Below, piece by piece: positions 14,093-27,736 of a stretch of 64,000 nucleotides of DNA. Position 1 is the stretch's first letter; every line of letters begins with the position of its first letter. Source of the stretch: Eledone cirrhosa (Eukaryota); contig OZ024749.1 in the NCBI GenBank assembly GCA_964016885.1, positions 13,330,001-13,394,000 on the forward strand, given 5' to 3'. The notes under the pieces were generated by a model, which was not told where the DNA came from, did no database searches, and saw only the letters and a list, made by a program, of their open reading frames with translations. Both the position numbers and the translations under genes were made by a program.

Positions 14093-15849
14093 GTATTAAG
14101 AGATAGAAAGAGAAAGTGAGAGGAAAACAGAGAGACAGAACGAAATACAAAGAAAGTGAGAGAGAGAGAGAGAGAGTGACAGTCATCACACACACACATA
14201 CACATATACACACACATATACACACACACACACATACATACACACACACACATACACACACATACACATATACACACACATATACACACACACATACATA
14301 CACACTCACACATACACACACATACACATATACATACACATACACACATACACACATACATATACACACATACACACACACACGTACACACACATACACA
14401 CGTACACATACACACACAAATGCACACACACATACACACATACATACACACACACATATACATACACACATACACACATACACACAATTATGGCTAACAA
14501 GACATTAGGTAAGTAGAGGAACACACGGAGATGATGATGATGACGATGAGGAGGGGGATAGGAGAGGGGGAGAAGGAGGAGAGAGGTTGTGATGATGATG
14601 ATGATGATGTGAATGATGAGGAGGAGGTTTTGATGATGATGATGGTGGTGGTGAGGATGAGAAGATGGAGGGATGTGATGATGGTGAGTGGGGGAGCAGC
14701 GAGTAGCATGGATAAGTTGTGTGAGAGTCGGAGTGTGAGGAGATGTGTGTGTGTGTGGATGACGTGTGTCGGGGGCGGGGGTCACGTGTGTGTGTGTCTG
14801 AGATGTGTGGGGTGACGTGAGTGTGTCTGTGTTGTGTGAGTGTGTCTGTATTGTGTGTGTGTGAGTGGGGTGTGGCGTGTGTGTGTGTGTGTATGAGTGG
14901 GGGGTGGCTTGTGTGTACGTGTGTGTGTGTGAGTGGGGGTGGCGTGTGTGTGTGTGAGTGGGGATGACGTGTGTGTGTGTGTCTGAGTGTGTGGGGTGAC
15001 GTGTGTGTGTGAGTGTCTGTGTTGTGTGAGTGTGTCTGTGTTGTGTGTGTGTGAGTAGGGGGTGACGTGTGTGTGAGTGTGTGCGTGTGTGTGAGTGTGT
15101 GCGTGTATGCGTGTGTGCGTGTGTGTGGGGAGTGACGTGCGGGGGGTGCATGTGTGTGGGTGTGACGTGTGTATGAGCGGAAGTAGATATAAAAACAAGC
15201 TTTCATTTGTGATAGACTCCAATATCGATCTATCGATCTATCGATCTTTGTGTTGCCTGTGGCGGCAACATCCTTGTTAAATCACTGGCTGTGTAGCTCC
15301 AGGTTTTATGATATTATAAGGGCAGAGGTGACTGGTTGAGGAATATATCATGTGAAGTATATACTTCATTTTAGTGTGAGCAAACCCCACCCACCTTGCA
15401 AGTATTGCGTACTTTAACCTTCTCTCAACACAAATCACTGAAACATAAATATACATACTTGGGATTCGGAGCATCTGCATGGTTACTAGGCAAGCTGAAA
15501 ATGGGAACCAAATCTCTCCCTCTCTTTCTTTCCCAAACTTAGTTTCTTACATAGATAGACACAAAGCTACAAATCTGGCGATGGTGGATGAGTATAGTTG
15601 ATTAACTTGAACCCCAGTTCATGACTGGTACTTCATTTAATACAGGCCAGAAAAGGATGAAATACAGTTAATATTCATAGCCAATTCTCTCTCACTCTCT
15701 CTCTCACTCTCTCTCTGCCATTTTAAATTCTAAAGGCTCAAGGCCAGAAAGCTGGGTACTGGAGGAGTATAATCGATATTAAATCTACGATCCCTATACA
15801 TCGATGATAGTTGGGTTTTTTTTATCCCAAGAGGGTGAAAAACAAAGTT

Positions 15850-16050
15850 AACCTTAGTAGCCAAATAATCTCCCTCAAATCAAACCTTGTCGCCTTAAAC
15901 ATTGCAAGACATATTGGATAATGTCGGCAGAAATATACTATGTCTAAGAATGAGACAGGAAGGTCATGGCTGGGCCGCCTTTGATCATAGATTTGCTCGA
16001 TAAAAGCTGATCGGGGGTTAAACAACATCAAACAACAACAGTAACAACAA
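15850..16050 (+). mobile_element. SINE-like 3' fragment with (CAA)n tail
   Basis: tagtagccaaat..ctccctcaaatca segment shared with 46740-46900 and ~24170. Confidence 0.45.
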
Positions 16051-16452
16051 TTCTTTCATGGTCGTTTTAACTGAGATTAGTTTCGTTTGATATGAGCCAA
16101 CACAGTTGCAGATTGAATTATGTTCCTATTGGTTTTTTGTGAGTTTATTGATGTATTAACTCAAAGAGAGAGAGAGAGAGAGGGGGGGATACTTTGAGTG
16201 AGGATAAACCAGGCACGAGTTGAGCGGAGTCAAACATTATTCGGGAAATCAAAACATCTAAGTGAAGAATCAAAGATATACGTACGATCAAGCAAAAAAA
16301 TATATTGATGACCAAATGTTAAATATCAAAGCAGACCAGATAAACATCACTCAAGAATAAGGGAGAATTAAACTAGACTTAACGAATGTCCAGACAAGAG
16401 TCACCCGAGAGTTAAGTGAGGACCTATGTTTATGCTATCAATACTTTTAGAT

Positions 16453-16903
16453 GATTATTTTTGCCCACAAAGGACATATATTGATCCCTCATTATTTTTG
16501 CCCACAAAGGACATATTGATCCCTGATTCTTTTTGCCCTCAAAGGACATATTGATCCCTGATTATTTTTGCCCACAAAGGACATATTGATCCCTGATTCT
16601 TTTTGCCCACAAATGACATATTCATTCCTGATTATTTTTGCCCACAAAGGACATATTCATTCCTGATTATTTTTGCCCACAAAGGACATATTGATCCCTG
16701 ATTCTTTTTGCCCACAAAGGATATATTGATCCCTGATTCTTTTTGCCCACAAAGGACATATTGATCCCTGATTCTTTTTGCCCACAAAGGATATATTGAT
16801 CCCTGATTCTTTTTGCCCACAAAGGACATATTGATCCCTGATTATTTTTTGCCCACAAAGGACATATTGGTTCCTGATTATTTTTGCCCACAAAGGACAT
16901 ATT
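16453..16903. repeat. 35-bp minisatellite, ~13 copies
   Basis: Unit TT(C/A)TTTTTGCCCACAAAGGACATATTGATCCCTGA. Confidence 0.95.
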
Positions 16904-16904
16904 T

Positions 16905-17125
16905 CCATGGCGTTAAGTTACTGAGAGTACAAGACTCCGCCCTAGAGAGAACACCAGTGGATCGCAGGGTTAAAACCCCAGCTACTGCACGTTTTCAGTT
17001 GAGTATACTGGAACCAACACGAAATGAAGTGCCTTGCTCAAGAATATAACACAACCCAGTCTAGGAATCGAACCCATGACATTATGATCGTAGGTCCAAC
17101 ACCTTTACCACTAAGCCACATATCT
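16905..17125 (-). mobile_element. tRNA-derived SINE
   Basis: A box TGGCTTAGTGG and B box GGTTCGATTCC on minus strand; second copy at 33797-34040. Confidence 0.75.
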
Positions 17126-17159
17126 CTGCCCTCAGATTCTATACATAATGTCAAATAAT

Positions 17160-17345
17160 TGTTTCTACTTTGGGCACAAGGCCAGCAATTACCCAGTACA
17201 TTACTGGTACTTTATTTTATCGACCCCGTAAAGCTGAAAGGCAAAGTTAACCTCGGCGGAATTTGAACTCAGAATGGCAAGGGCCGTAACTCTACACGTC
17301 AAAGCATGGCGTCCGACCCTCTACTGATACTGCCAATCCACCGCA
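17160..17345 (-). mobile_element. tRNA-derived SINE (gcctttcatcc..ggggtcgataaaataaagtaccag core)
   Basis: TGGCAGTATCAG A box and GAGTTCAAATTCC B box; many copies in the window. Core recalls the MetaSINE domain (from memory, unverified). Confidence 0.75.
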
Positions 17346-17969
17346 TTATGTCAAATAATGTGAAACGGTCGCAGTCAGAAATTGAAACTGTTCTCCATTC
17401 TCCATTGCCGCCGCCGCTGCCGCTGCTGCTGCTGCTACTGATGATGATGATGATGATGGTGATGGTGATGATAGTGATAGTGGTAGTGGTGGTGGTGGTG
17501 GGGATGATGACGATCATAATGAGCATAATAATGATGGTGACGATGATGACGATGATGATGATGACAATGATGGTTTATGTAAAACTAAATATATGTTAAC
17601 GCTGAATACAACAAGAATTTAAAAAAAAAACCCAATAATAATAATAATATCTCTAAAATGTCTCCATCGAATGTAGTGGTGCATGTTGTAAGCTGGTTAA
17701 TCGTTACTAAATTTACACAGACGTAAAACACAGTTATCTGGAGAAGACAGTGGAAGATGTGTCCAGGAAGAGGAAAATGAAGGAAAAAATAAGCTGAAGA
17801 ATCGTGTGAGAAGGACGACTCCAGATAATGGCAGTGAAATGGATTATTGGCTTCCAATGATTGGCTACAAGTTAACTTACCACAGCTAACCAATCGGAAA
17901 ACTATAATTACGTCGTTGTTTTTCTTGACTGACTGCCATTGGTGAATTGATGTATGGTTGGCTGGCTGG

Positions 17970-19152
17970 CTGGTTTGATGGTGTGTAGTGGTGTTTGGTA
18001 GGGTGTAGTGTGTAGATTGGTGGGGTGTAGTGTGGTGGTGTGTAGTGTGTGGTTTGGTGGTGTGTAGTGTGTAGTTTGGTGGTGTGTAGTGGTGTTTGGT
18101 GGGGTGTAGTGTGTAGATTGGTGGGGTGTAGTGGTGTTTGATGGGGTGTAGTGTGTAGATTGGTGGGGTGTAGTGTGGTGGTGTGTAGTGTGTGGTTTGG
18201 TGGTGTGTAGTGTGTAGTTTGGTGGTGCGTAGTGGTGTTTGGTGGGGTGTAGTGTGTAGATTGGTGGGGTGTAGTGGTGTTTGGTGGGGTGTAGTGTGTA
18301 GATTGGTGAGGTGTAGTGGTGTTTGGTGCGGTGTAGTGTGTGGTTTGGTGGAGTGTAGTTTGTAGTTTGGTGGAGTATAGTTTGTAGTTTGGTGGAGTGT
18401 AGTGTGTAGATTGGTGGAGTGTAGTGTGTGGTTTGATGGGGTGTAGTGTGTGGTTTGATGGGGTGTAGTGTGTAGTTTGGTGGTGTGTAGTTTGGTGGGG
18501 TGTAGTGTGTGGTTTGGTGGGGTGTAGTGTGTAGTTTGGTGGTGTGTGGTATGGCGGCGTGTAGTGTGGTGGTGTGTAGTGTGGTGGTGTGCAGTATTGT
18601 GTAGTGGTGTGCAGTGGTGTGTTGTATAGTGTAGTATAGTGTGGTATAGTGCGGTGTTGCGTAGTGTGGTGGTGTGTAGTGTGGTGGTGTGTAGTATAGT
18701 GTAGTGTAGTGTGGTGTAGTGTGGTGGTGTGTAGTGTGGTGGTGTGTGGTGTGGTGTGGTGGTGTGGTGGCGTGTAGTGTGGTGGTGTGTAGTGTGGTGA
18801 TGTGTGGTGTAGTGTGGTGTAGTGTGGTGGTGTGGTGGTGTGTAGTGTGGTGGTATGCAGTGTGGTGTAGTGTGGTGTAGTGTAGTATGGTGGTGTAGTG
18901 TGGTGGTGTGGTGGTGTGTAATGTGGTGGTGTAGTGTGGTGGTGTGGTGGTGTGTAATGTGGTGGTGTGTGGTGTGGTGTGGTGGTGTGTAGTGTGGTGT
19001 GGTGGTGTGTAGTGTGGTGATGTGTGGTGTGGTGTGGTGTAATATGGTGGTGTGGTGGTGTGTGGTGTAGTGTGGTGTAGTGTGGTGGTGTGGTGTGGTG
19101 TGATGGTGTAGTGTAGTGTGGTGGTGTGTGGTGTGATGTAGTGGTGTGGTGT
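17970..19152. repeat. GT-rich degenerate (GTGTA/GGT)n array
   Basis: Direct inspection. Confidence 0.9.
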
Positions 19153-19489
19153 TTAGAAACATATAACTCTATAACTGTACAACTGTGTGGTCGTAGATAT
19201 ATAATTAGGTTCATTATTTCAAGCAGATAAAATGTCAAGTAGTTTAATACCGAGGAACTAAACCGCCATTTGTCCGTCTTTACTAACTGGTTTCGATTTC
19301 CGTTCTCTGACATTTACCTTCATTTAGAGAAAACCGCCGTAAGACACACAAAATTCTCCTGCATCCCCTCCTCCTCAACCTCACCACCCCTAAAGTATCT
19401 CGCACACGAAACTATATTCTATCGTTTTCTATCGATCCTAATCAATATATTTTTCGAGACAAAGAAACCCCGATTCATCAGATGGTAAT

Positions 19490-20255
19490 TACCGGCCAAA
19501 TGAATTGTCAGAGTCGTTAGAACTTTGGAGAGAATGTTTTATGGTATTTGTTCCGGCCCTTTGATCTCTGAGTTCAAATCCCGCCGAGGCCAACTTTGCC
19601 TTTCGTCCATTCAAGGTCGATAAAAAAAGTACCAGTCTAGTACTAGTGTTGATTCTTCCTCTAATATCTCTTTCTCATTTCCTCTCTCTCTCTCTGGAAG
19701 AAATCTGCTGTACTCAGGCCTGGAGAAGGATGGGGTCCGCCAAGCTTAAAATGCCCAAGAAACGCCGTATGTCGGTCGATACAGCGCCCCAGCGACTCCA
19801 CCAGGAGTTACGGGATGAAAAAGAAGGATTACCGGCCTGCAGAAATTCCGGGTCACCTAACCTTTGATTCAAAACCAGGGTGTGATTTTCTGTCAATTTC
19901 AAATCATTAAAAAGCTGAAAGAGTCCAAATCCCGCCGTGGATTGGCAGTAATTGGTAAGGAGTCAGACAACATGCTTTGTGGCATAGAGTTACAGCTCTT
20001 TACTTCTGAGTTCAGACCCCACCGAGGTTAGCTTTGCCTTTCATCTTTACGGAGTAGATAAAATAAAGTATCGGTAGGGCGCCGGGCAACATGCTTTGTG
20101 GAATAGAGTTACGGCCCTTTACTTTCTGAGTTCAAATACCGCCGAGGTTAGGTTTGCCTTTCATCCTTACGGGGGTCGATAAAATAAAGTACCAGTTACG
20201 CGCTGGGATCCCCATTCCTAAAATTGTTGGTCTTGTGCCTAAATCGGAAACAATT
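19490..20255 (+). mobile_element. Cluster of three copies of the same tRNA-derived SINE
   Basis: gagttcaaatcccgccgagg...tttgcctttcatcc at ~19570, ~20008, ~20128. Confidence 0.75.
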
Positions 20256-20819
20256 ATTAAAAAGCTGAAAATGTGTGTCGAATTAACCCTAATGTCTATT
20301 TATCTTGTATCCTTGAGCAAGATACTTCATTTCACCATACTCCAGTCCACTCAACTGGTGCAATTGAATTACACCTGTCCTTCAAAGATCCAACCTTATC
20401 GTATTCTGTTTCATGCTGGATCTCCCTGAGAACTACGTGTAGTGTGGTCGTTATTGTGGAATGCTCAGTCACGTGTGTGTATGTTTTCATGTAGATGTAT
20501 AGAATTGGTTGGCATATAGTGATCACGTGGTCTGCGGCCTAATTAATATAATTGATTGGCGTGAAGCGGTCACGTAGTATGTGTCCTAATTAGTATATTT
20601 CGGGGGATTGGTTAACAAAAGCCTGGTGAGATATGCACCGTACACGTTCCATTGAAAACATGTCGGTGATAAGAAACACACTCGTTTAAAAAGGCGTATT
20701 TTGATTGGCTCTCAAAACTGATGACGTCAGTAGAGTCTACATGGATAAAGGTGAATGCATTTGGCAAGTTTGACATAACCGTGAAGATAGCTCTGGGTGA
20801 GGAGGTCTAGATATACACA

Positions 20820-21490
20820 CAACAACAGTTGTGTGTATATGTGTATATATAAAGGCAAATGTTGAGTGTATATGTCTATATATAAAACAAAAATTGTGTG
20901 TATAGAGGCAAATGTTGAGTGTATATATTTATATATAGAGACAAATGTTGAGTGTATATGCGTATATATAGAGACAAATGTTGTGTGTATATGTGTATAT
21001 ATAGAGACAAATGTTGTGTGTATATGTGTATATATAGAGACAAATGTTGTGTGTATATGTGTATGTATGGAGATTAATGTTGAGTGTATATATCTATATA
21101 TAGAGGCAAATGTTGTGTGTATATGTGTAGAGACAAATGTTGAGTGTATATGTGTATGTATAGAGGCAAATGTTGTGTGTATATGTCTGTATATAGTTGT
21201 GTGTATAGAGACAAATGTTGTGTGTATATGTGTATGTATAGAGGCAAATGTTGAGTGTATGTGTGTATATATAGAGGCAAATGTTGAGTGTATATGTGTA
21301 TATATAGAGACAAATGTGGAGTGTATATGTGTATATATAGAGACAAATGTTGAGTGTATATGTGTATATATAGAGACAAATGTTGTGTGTATATGTGTAT
21401 ATATAGAGGCAAATGTTGATTGTATATGTGTATGTATAGAGACAAATGTGGAGTGTATATGTGTGTGTATGTATATGCAAATGTTGTATT
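20820..21490. repeat. ~33-bp minisatellite
   Basis: Unit ATATAGAGACAAATGTTG(A/T)GTGTATATGTGTAT. Confidence 0.9.
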
Positions 21491-21682
21491 TATATGTCTG
21501 TATATACACGCAAATGGAGAAAATGCTTGCGATGTAATGTATGTATATATGTATGTATGTATGAATATATATATATATGGGTGTGTACGTGTGTGTGTAT
21601 ATATATATATATATATACACACACATATGGTATAAGAATAAAAGAACAAAGAATCAGTGTTAGATCATAACATATTTAATAA

Positions 21683-21772
21683 CATATTACATATGTTTCA
21701 CTATCGATCAGCTCGAGGAACGATCTATTAGTGATCGAACCTGACTCTGGAATCGAAAGATTCTCAGATATG
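21683..21772 (-). ncRNA. Hammerhead-like motif, variant core, extended stem II
   Basis: CATAT-CTGAGAA-TCTTTCGAT...ATCGATAGT-GAAA-CATATG-TA-ATATG; G8 appears mutated. Confidence 0.6.
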
Positions 21773-21821
21773 CTTCAATATGCAAGCTCGTCGTTGATGG
21801 TGTATGAATACTTCCCAATTC

Positions 21822-21891
<70 letters not shown>

Positions 21892-22011
21892 GGATGAATA
21901 CCTCAACGGGTACAATGTACTCGTACGTAGAAATATTCAAGTTGTTTTTTAATCATTTATAATCATTTTTTAATTTATTTAGAGAATTGTTTAATAACCG
22001 CTTGCTTCGCT

Positions 22012-22539
<528 letters not shown>

Positions 22540-22586
22540 GTAAGTATATATATATATATATATATGTAAATATATATATATATATG

Positions 22587-22633
<47 letters not shown>

Positions 22634-22638
<5 letters not shown>

Positions 22639-22972
22639 TAAACAAATAATGAACAAACAATTCCTTATATTAAACAAAAAAAGTTCACTATTTAACGATC
22701 GTTTCTAGGGTATATATGTGTTATAATTGGTATGCATATTCAACAGATCTATGTACAAAATTATACAAAATTATACAAATTATCAAGATTAAATATACAT
22801 ACCTAACACATATATACGCCGTCTTCAGAAATAATATTTATCTTGACTCTGTATACCGTTTATCTTTCACCGAAAGTGGATTTTCATTACATCTCTTCTT
22901 TCCATGATATCCGGAATACATTGAGTTCTTCATACGGATTGGACACTACCGTAAACTCTTGGTAGATTTATC

Positions 22973-22976
<4 letters not shown>
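22634..22976. mobile_element. HHR element with internal inversion (HHR at 22688-22835, minus strand)
   Basis: Same two segments as 59897-60240, with one segment inverted and swapped. Confidence 0.85.
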
Positions 22977-23020
<44 letters not shown>

Positions 23021-23202
23021 AATATATATATATATATATATATATGTAAATATATATATATATATTTACATATATAAATATATATATATTTACATATATA
23101 TATATATATATATATTTACATATATATATATATATATATATATTTACATATATATATATTTACGGTACTGGCATTGATAAACATGCTGGGTCCATCAACC
23201 CT

Positions 23203-23246
<44 letters not shown>

Positions 23247-23336
23247 TGTATATATATTATTTATCTAGTTGATATTTCTACGGAATAGAGGGAAGAAAAA
23301 TTGGGTATATTTTATCTAATAATTCTTCAAACTTGC

Positions 23337-23385
<49 letters not shown>

Positions 23386-23611
23386 TGTATATAGAGGAAT
23401 GTGGAATGTTTAGATGCAGCATAGATATGTTCTTATATACAGCTGTTACATAAACATTCCTGCCGTTTATTCAACGTTAATTACTGTACAGTAACCAATT
23501 AGGCCTTCTACTCAATGAAGACATATGTACTAATTAGAAATAAGATGCGACACCCTTCATTCACTCATTTACTCATTTACCTATCTAAAGTTATCTATAT
23601 ATGTGTGTGTG

Positions 23612-23674
<63 letters not shown>

Positions 23675-23680
<6 letters not shown>

Positions 23681-24475
23681 TAAATCATGTCTTTAGAATT
23701 ATTAGATAAAATATATACCGTTTCTTCTTCCAATTAGCATAATTAACCCTATATAAAATCAATTAGACCAAGCTATAAGAGGAAAGTCTCTTATGAAGAA
23801 ATCTTCGACAAATAACCGAAAGTGGCCTCTTCGCGGTGGCCCCAATATAGTATATTTATCCAACATTTCGACAGCATGTAGGAACTGACTAAATATATCA
23901 TCAACCATACACAATTAGGTGTAAAATCAAACTTAGAAGAAATGTGTACATACCGTAATTATATCTCTACCATGGTTTCATCCGTATTTTTAGACATCCA
24001 ATTAATAGGAATGTCCTGAGTTAGGATTCATCAGGAGAAAAACTCAAAATCAGACATCTAGTTTTTCAACCTGAGCCCGCCAAAATTAGATTAAAAAATG
24101 GCTAAGAATCGCTATGTGGCTGTGGTCAAGCTAGAAAGAATGTGATTGGCTGCTTACGGCGGGTAGGCTTGTTGCTAGAAAGCGCAGCCAAATATCGCCA
24201 AATTTAATCTCAACCTAACGGGAGATTATTAAATATAAAGGTTTACATATACATATATAAAGTTATAGATATATATGTTGCAACCGGTCACTTTTAAGCT
24301 CTATGAAGAATTAATAAATTAAATAATCAGAGCAATATATCATAAATCATATATGGTTAATTATGCTAATTGGAAGAAGAAACGGTATATATTTTATCTA
24401 ATAATTCTAAAGACATGATTTATGATATATTGCTTCTTCATAGAGCTTAAAAGTGACCGGTTGCAACATATATAT
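23675..24475. mobile_element. HHR-bearing element with mosaic inverted duplications
   Basis: 23678-23748 inverted at 24355-24426; 24270-24310 inverted at 24434-24475; flanked by (TA)n. Confidence 0.7.
23964..24038 (-). ncRNA. Type I hammerhead ribozyme, extended stem II
   Basis: TCTC-CTGATGA-ATCC...GGAT-GAAA-CCATGG-TA-GAGA. Confidence 0.85.
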
Positions 24476-24903
24476 ATATATATATATATCAGGGCCGAAG
24501 GGTCCATGCATGCAACGCATGCAGTGCATGCGTTATAGAATCTTGAGTTGATCAATTGCGTCGGTTGAAGCAAGCAGAATTTTGGCTGCTTACTAAATTT
24601 TATCTTAAAAATATAATTAAAACATAAAACATAGGTTATTTTATAAGAAGTCATACTTGCTATAAAGTTAAAAAAATGTATCTTAAGAATATAGTTAAAA
24701 CATAAACCATAGTTTATTCCACATATATATAAAAAAATCTATATATAAAAATCATGTTATTCCACATATATATATATATATATATTTGGATACATATATT
24801 AAAAATGTTTGAAGATATAAAAATATTGGAAGATATGAAAATAATGGTTTTTTTCATATCTTTCAAAGGAACTTTCAAAGAATTTTCTAAAACCTTCCGA
24901 AAG

Positions 24904-24976
<73 letters not shown>

Positions 24977-25087
24977 TAAAAAGGAAAAGAAAATGCTGAC
25001 AATTTTTTCCCAGTGAAAAATAGTTTAATTAGGAATAAGTATAAATTAGTAATAAGTATTAGTTAGTATTCAGTTTTAGTTTTAAGT

Positions 25088-25123
25088 TTTTACCGGTTGC
25101 GCATTTCTTATGCTTTTCAAAAA
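25088..25123 (-). ncRNA. Variant minimal hammerhead (U3/A8 core, GCAA)
   Basis: TTT-TTGAAAA-GCAT-AAGAA-ATGC-GCAA-CCGG-TA-AAA. Confidence 0.5.
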
Positions 25124-26108
25124 TAATTTTCAGATAGAGCGCTCGTGATTTATATATGTGTGTGTGTGTGTATGTATGTATGTATTTTTGTGTCTGTGTT
25201 TATATATATATATATGTGCATATAACAATATACGTGACGTATGTTTATATGGGGTGGCGTGTTGTTATCATTTTTAGTATTATTATTATTACTAATACCA
25301 TACGGACTTTTTAACTGATGCTAAACTTAAACCGTTCCATCTTCTTCTCATTCTCTATCTTTTATTTCTGAATCTCTCTTTTGTGTATATGTGTGTGTAT
25401 AGTGTGCGAAACGTATAGATTTTTTTTTTTGCCTGTTATATCAAGCATTAAACTAATATATTTTTTCGTTGTATTTTGTTGTTTATCTTGTTGATCCATT
25501 TACATTTTACACACACACATAAATATATATATATATATATTTCCCCTATCCATTTGGTTGTTTTCGGCCTGGTCACACGTGTCGTAAAACCCTTTTCGAT
25601 TAACTCCCTTTCCTTTCTCCTTCCTCTCTTTCTGTCCCTCTAGTTCACCCCTCTCACTTCAGGAGTCTTCGTCTTTCTCTATCTCTCTACCCCCCCCCCC
25701 CCTCCCTTTACTGAGATCGTCACGGAAAAACCTTGCTCCGCTGTTATCACCGCCAGCAGGTTTATATCCATCGGCGTACTATTATAACTTATTCCACTTT
25801 CTCTTCGGTTACTTACATACATATGCCATTGTCCTGTGTTCCCCCTTCTATTCGGTATGTTTACTTCGTTTTTTCCTCTTTTCCTTTTTCTTCTTATCTC
25901 TTCACTATCACTTCTTTCCCTCGTGGCCTTTTGATGGATAAAAGGCCCCGGGCGCGCTGCAGATCGATGTTCTGTTTAAGCGCCGAAACATCTATGATCT
26001 GTAGTAAACAGCTGATGAAGGGATACTTTTTTCTCTTGTTTACGTCCGGTTTACCTTCTAACACTTCGTTTTCAGTAACCACACAGCCTACCTCTTCACC
26101 TGTAATTT

Positions 26109-26152
<44 letters not shown>

Positions 26153-26213
26153 CATGCGTGTATGTGTGTGTATGTGTGTGTGTGTGTGTGTGTGCACTAG
26201 CCCTTCTGTCATT

Positions 26214-26277
26214 GATACATATGTTTCATTGTGTGCCTCTTTCACGTATAACTGAAGCAGGCTCCTGTTCATCAGCC
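26214..26277 (-). ncRNA. Hammerhead-like motif with degenerate long stem II
   Basis: GG-CTGATGA-...-GAAA-CATATG-TA-TC. Confidence 0.5.
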
Positions 26278-26599
26278 TTTGAGGGCAAAGTTTTGCAATG
26301 GTTGTCAACATTAGCTAATGAAATGCTTCAGAAATTTGTGAAACTTGCGATAAAATAAACATGTGTAGATGAAATCAGAGCATAGTTAGCGTTAGTGTAA
26401 TATATGTATACCATGTATATTCCATTTAACACACATGTAATACACATGTATACCACAACTCCTCCCACAGACAGAGTGATCTTCCAATTTATTTGACAAA
26501 CTTTACCAAATTACACATGCACACGCTATATATATATATAAATATATATATCTGTGTGTGTATGAGTATGTATATATTATGTATGTATATATACATATT

Positions 26600-27208
26600 T
26601 GGGGAACAGGACCCGAGGATAGGAAGAGAAAGTAGCTGGACCATTTAAGACCCTACTAAGAGAGCCGCCTTCCACAGCCCAGAACTCTGGGGAGATCAGA
26701 CAGCTGTTTGAGGAACTGTATATTGAGACAGGACCCTTTGCCAGAAAGGAGCTTCAGAGAACCAAGAAGAAGATCAAGGAGGGCAAGACCACTGGAGAAG
26801 ATGGCATCAGAGGTAATGAAGAGGTGTGATTTTGATATCATCCTGGAGTTCTGTAACCAGGCACTGGAGAAAGGAGTATCTCCGAATCAGTGGAGAATCA
26901 GTAACATCGTCCCAGTTCCAAAGAAGGGAGATCTCTCTAACACCAACAACTACAGGGGGATCTCACTAATGTAACTTGTGGCAAAGACCCCCAACAGGAT
27001 GATTCTTAACAGGATCCAACCCGAGATGGAAAAGAAGCTCAGGGACAACTAGAACGGCTTCAGACAGGGAAGGTCAACCACTAGTCACATCCTGATGCTG
27101 AGGAGAAATTTAGAGGGAGCTAGAGCAAAGAGCCTTCCTGCTGTTATGCTTTTCGTTGACTTCAAGAAGGCCTTTGATTCTGTGGACCGAGACTGCCTGA
27201 TGAAAATA
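26600..27208 (+). pseudogene. RTE-clade LINE reverse transcriptase fragment with stops and frameshifts
   Basis: PNQWRISNIVPVPKKGDLSNTNNYRGISL...NGFRQGRST..HIL.LRR...FVDFKKAFDSV. Confidence 0.9.
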
Positions 27209-27520
27209 GCATATATTGCAGTTTATTGCTCTACATGGCTGAAAATATATGGTATTTATTGTATTCAGCCATTTAGAGCGATAAACAATTTCTTAGTTAT
27301 TTGAATAAGGCAAAGCCGGCCATTTGTCGCTCATATACATGAAACTGACTGGCCTATCTGCTGATATGCAAATCTGGCTGATCAGTGGATCTGCTAATAT
27401 GCAGATCTGACTGATCAGCCAGTCTGCTAATATGCAAATCAGGCCGATCAGTTACTGTGTATTTTAGAAAATAGCATATATTTTCACTAGCTCTGACAGT
27501 TGGCAGGTGAACAGTCAGCG

Positions 27521-27560
27521 ATACTGATGAAGGGTGATTCCCAGAAACATTAGTGTTTGC
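27521..27560 (+). ncRNA. Minimal hammerhead-like motif
   Basis: TA-CTGATGA-AGGG-TGATT-CCCA-GAAA-CATTAGTG-TT-TG. Confidence 0.55.
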
Positions 27561-27700
27561 AGTTCTGTTTACATGCCAATACAAGAGTAAGAATGAGGGG
27601 CTCATTCTACTGACGTGGCTTTAAAAAAAATGAGGCTTGTTTGTATAATTGCAAACGAATCGAATGTTATTATTAATATTCGAAAAACTCAGATTACATT

Positions 27701-27736
<36 letters not shown>

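Noticed and set aside
16453-16903. 35-bp repeat as CRISPR
   Set aside because: No spacers; eukaryotic context
16905-17125. tRNA genes at A/B-box sites
   Set aside because: No cloverleaf; these are SINE heads
24490-24535. CAGGGCCG hAT-like terminus with ATGC repeats
   Set aside because: No matching second TIR found
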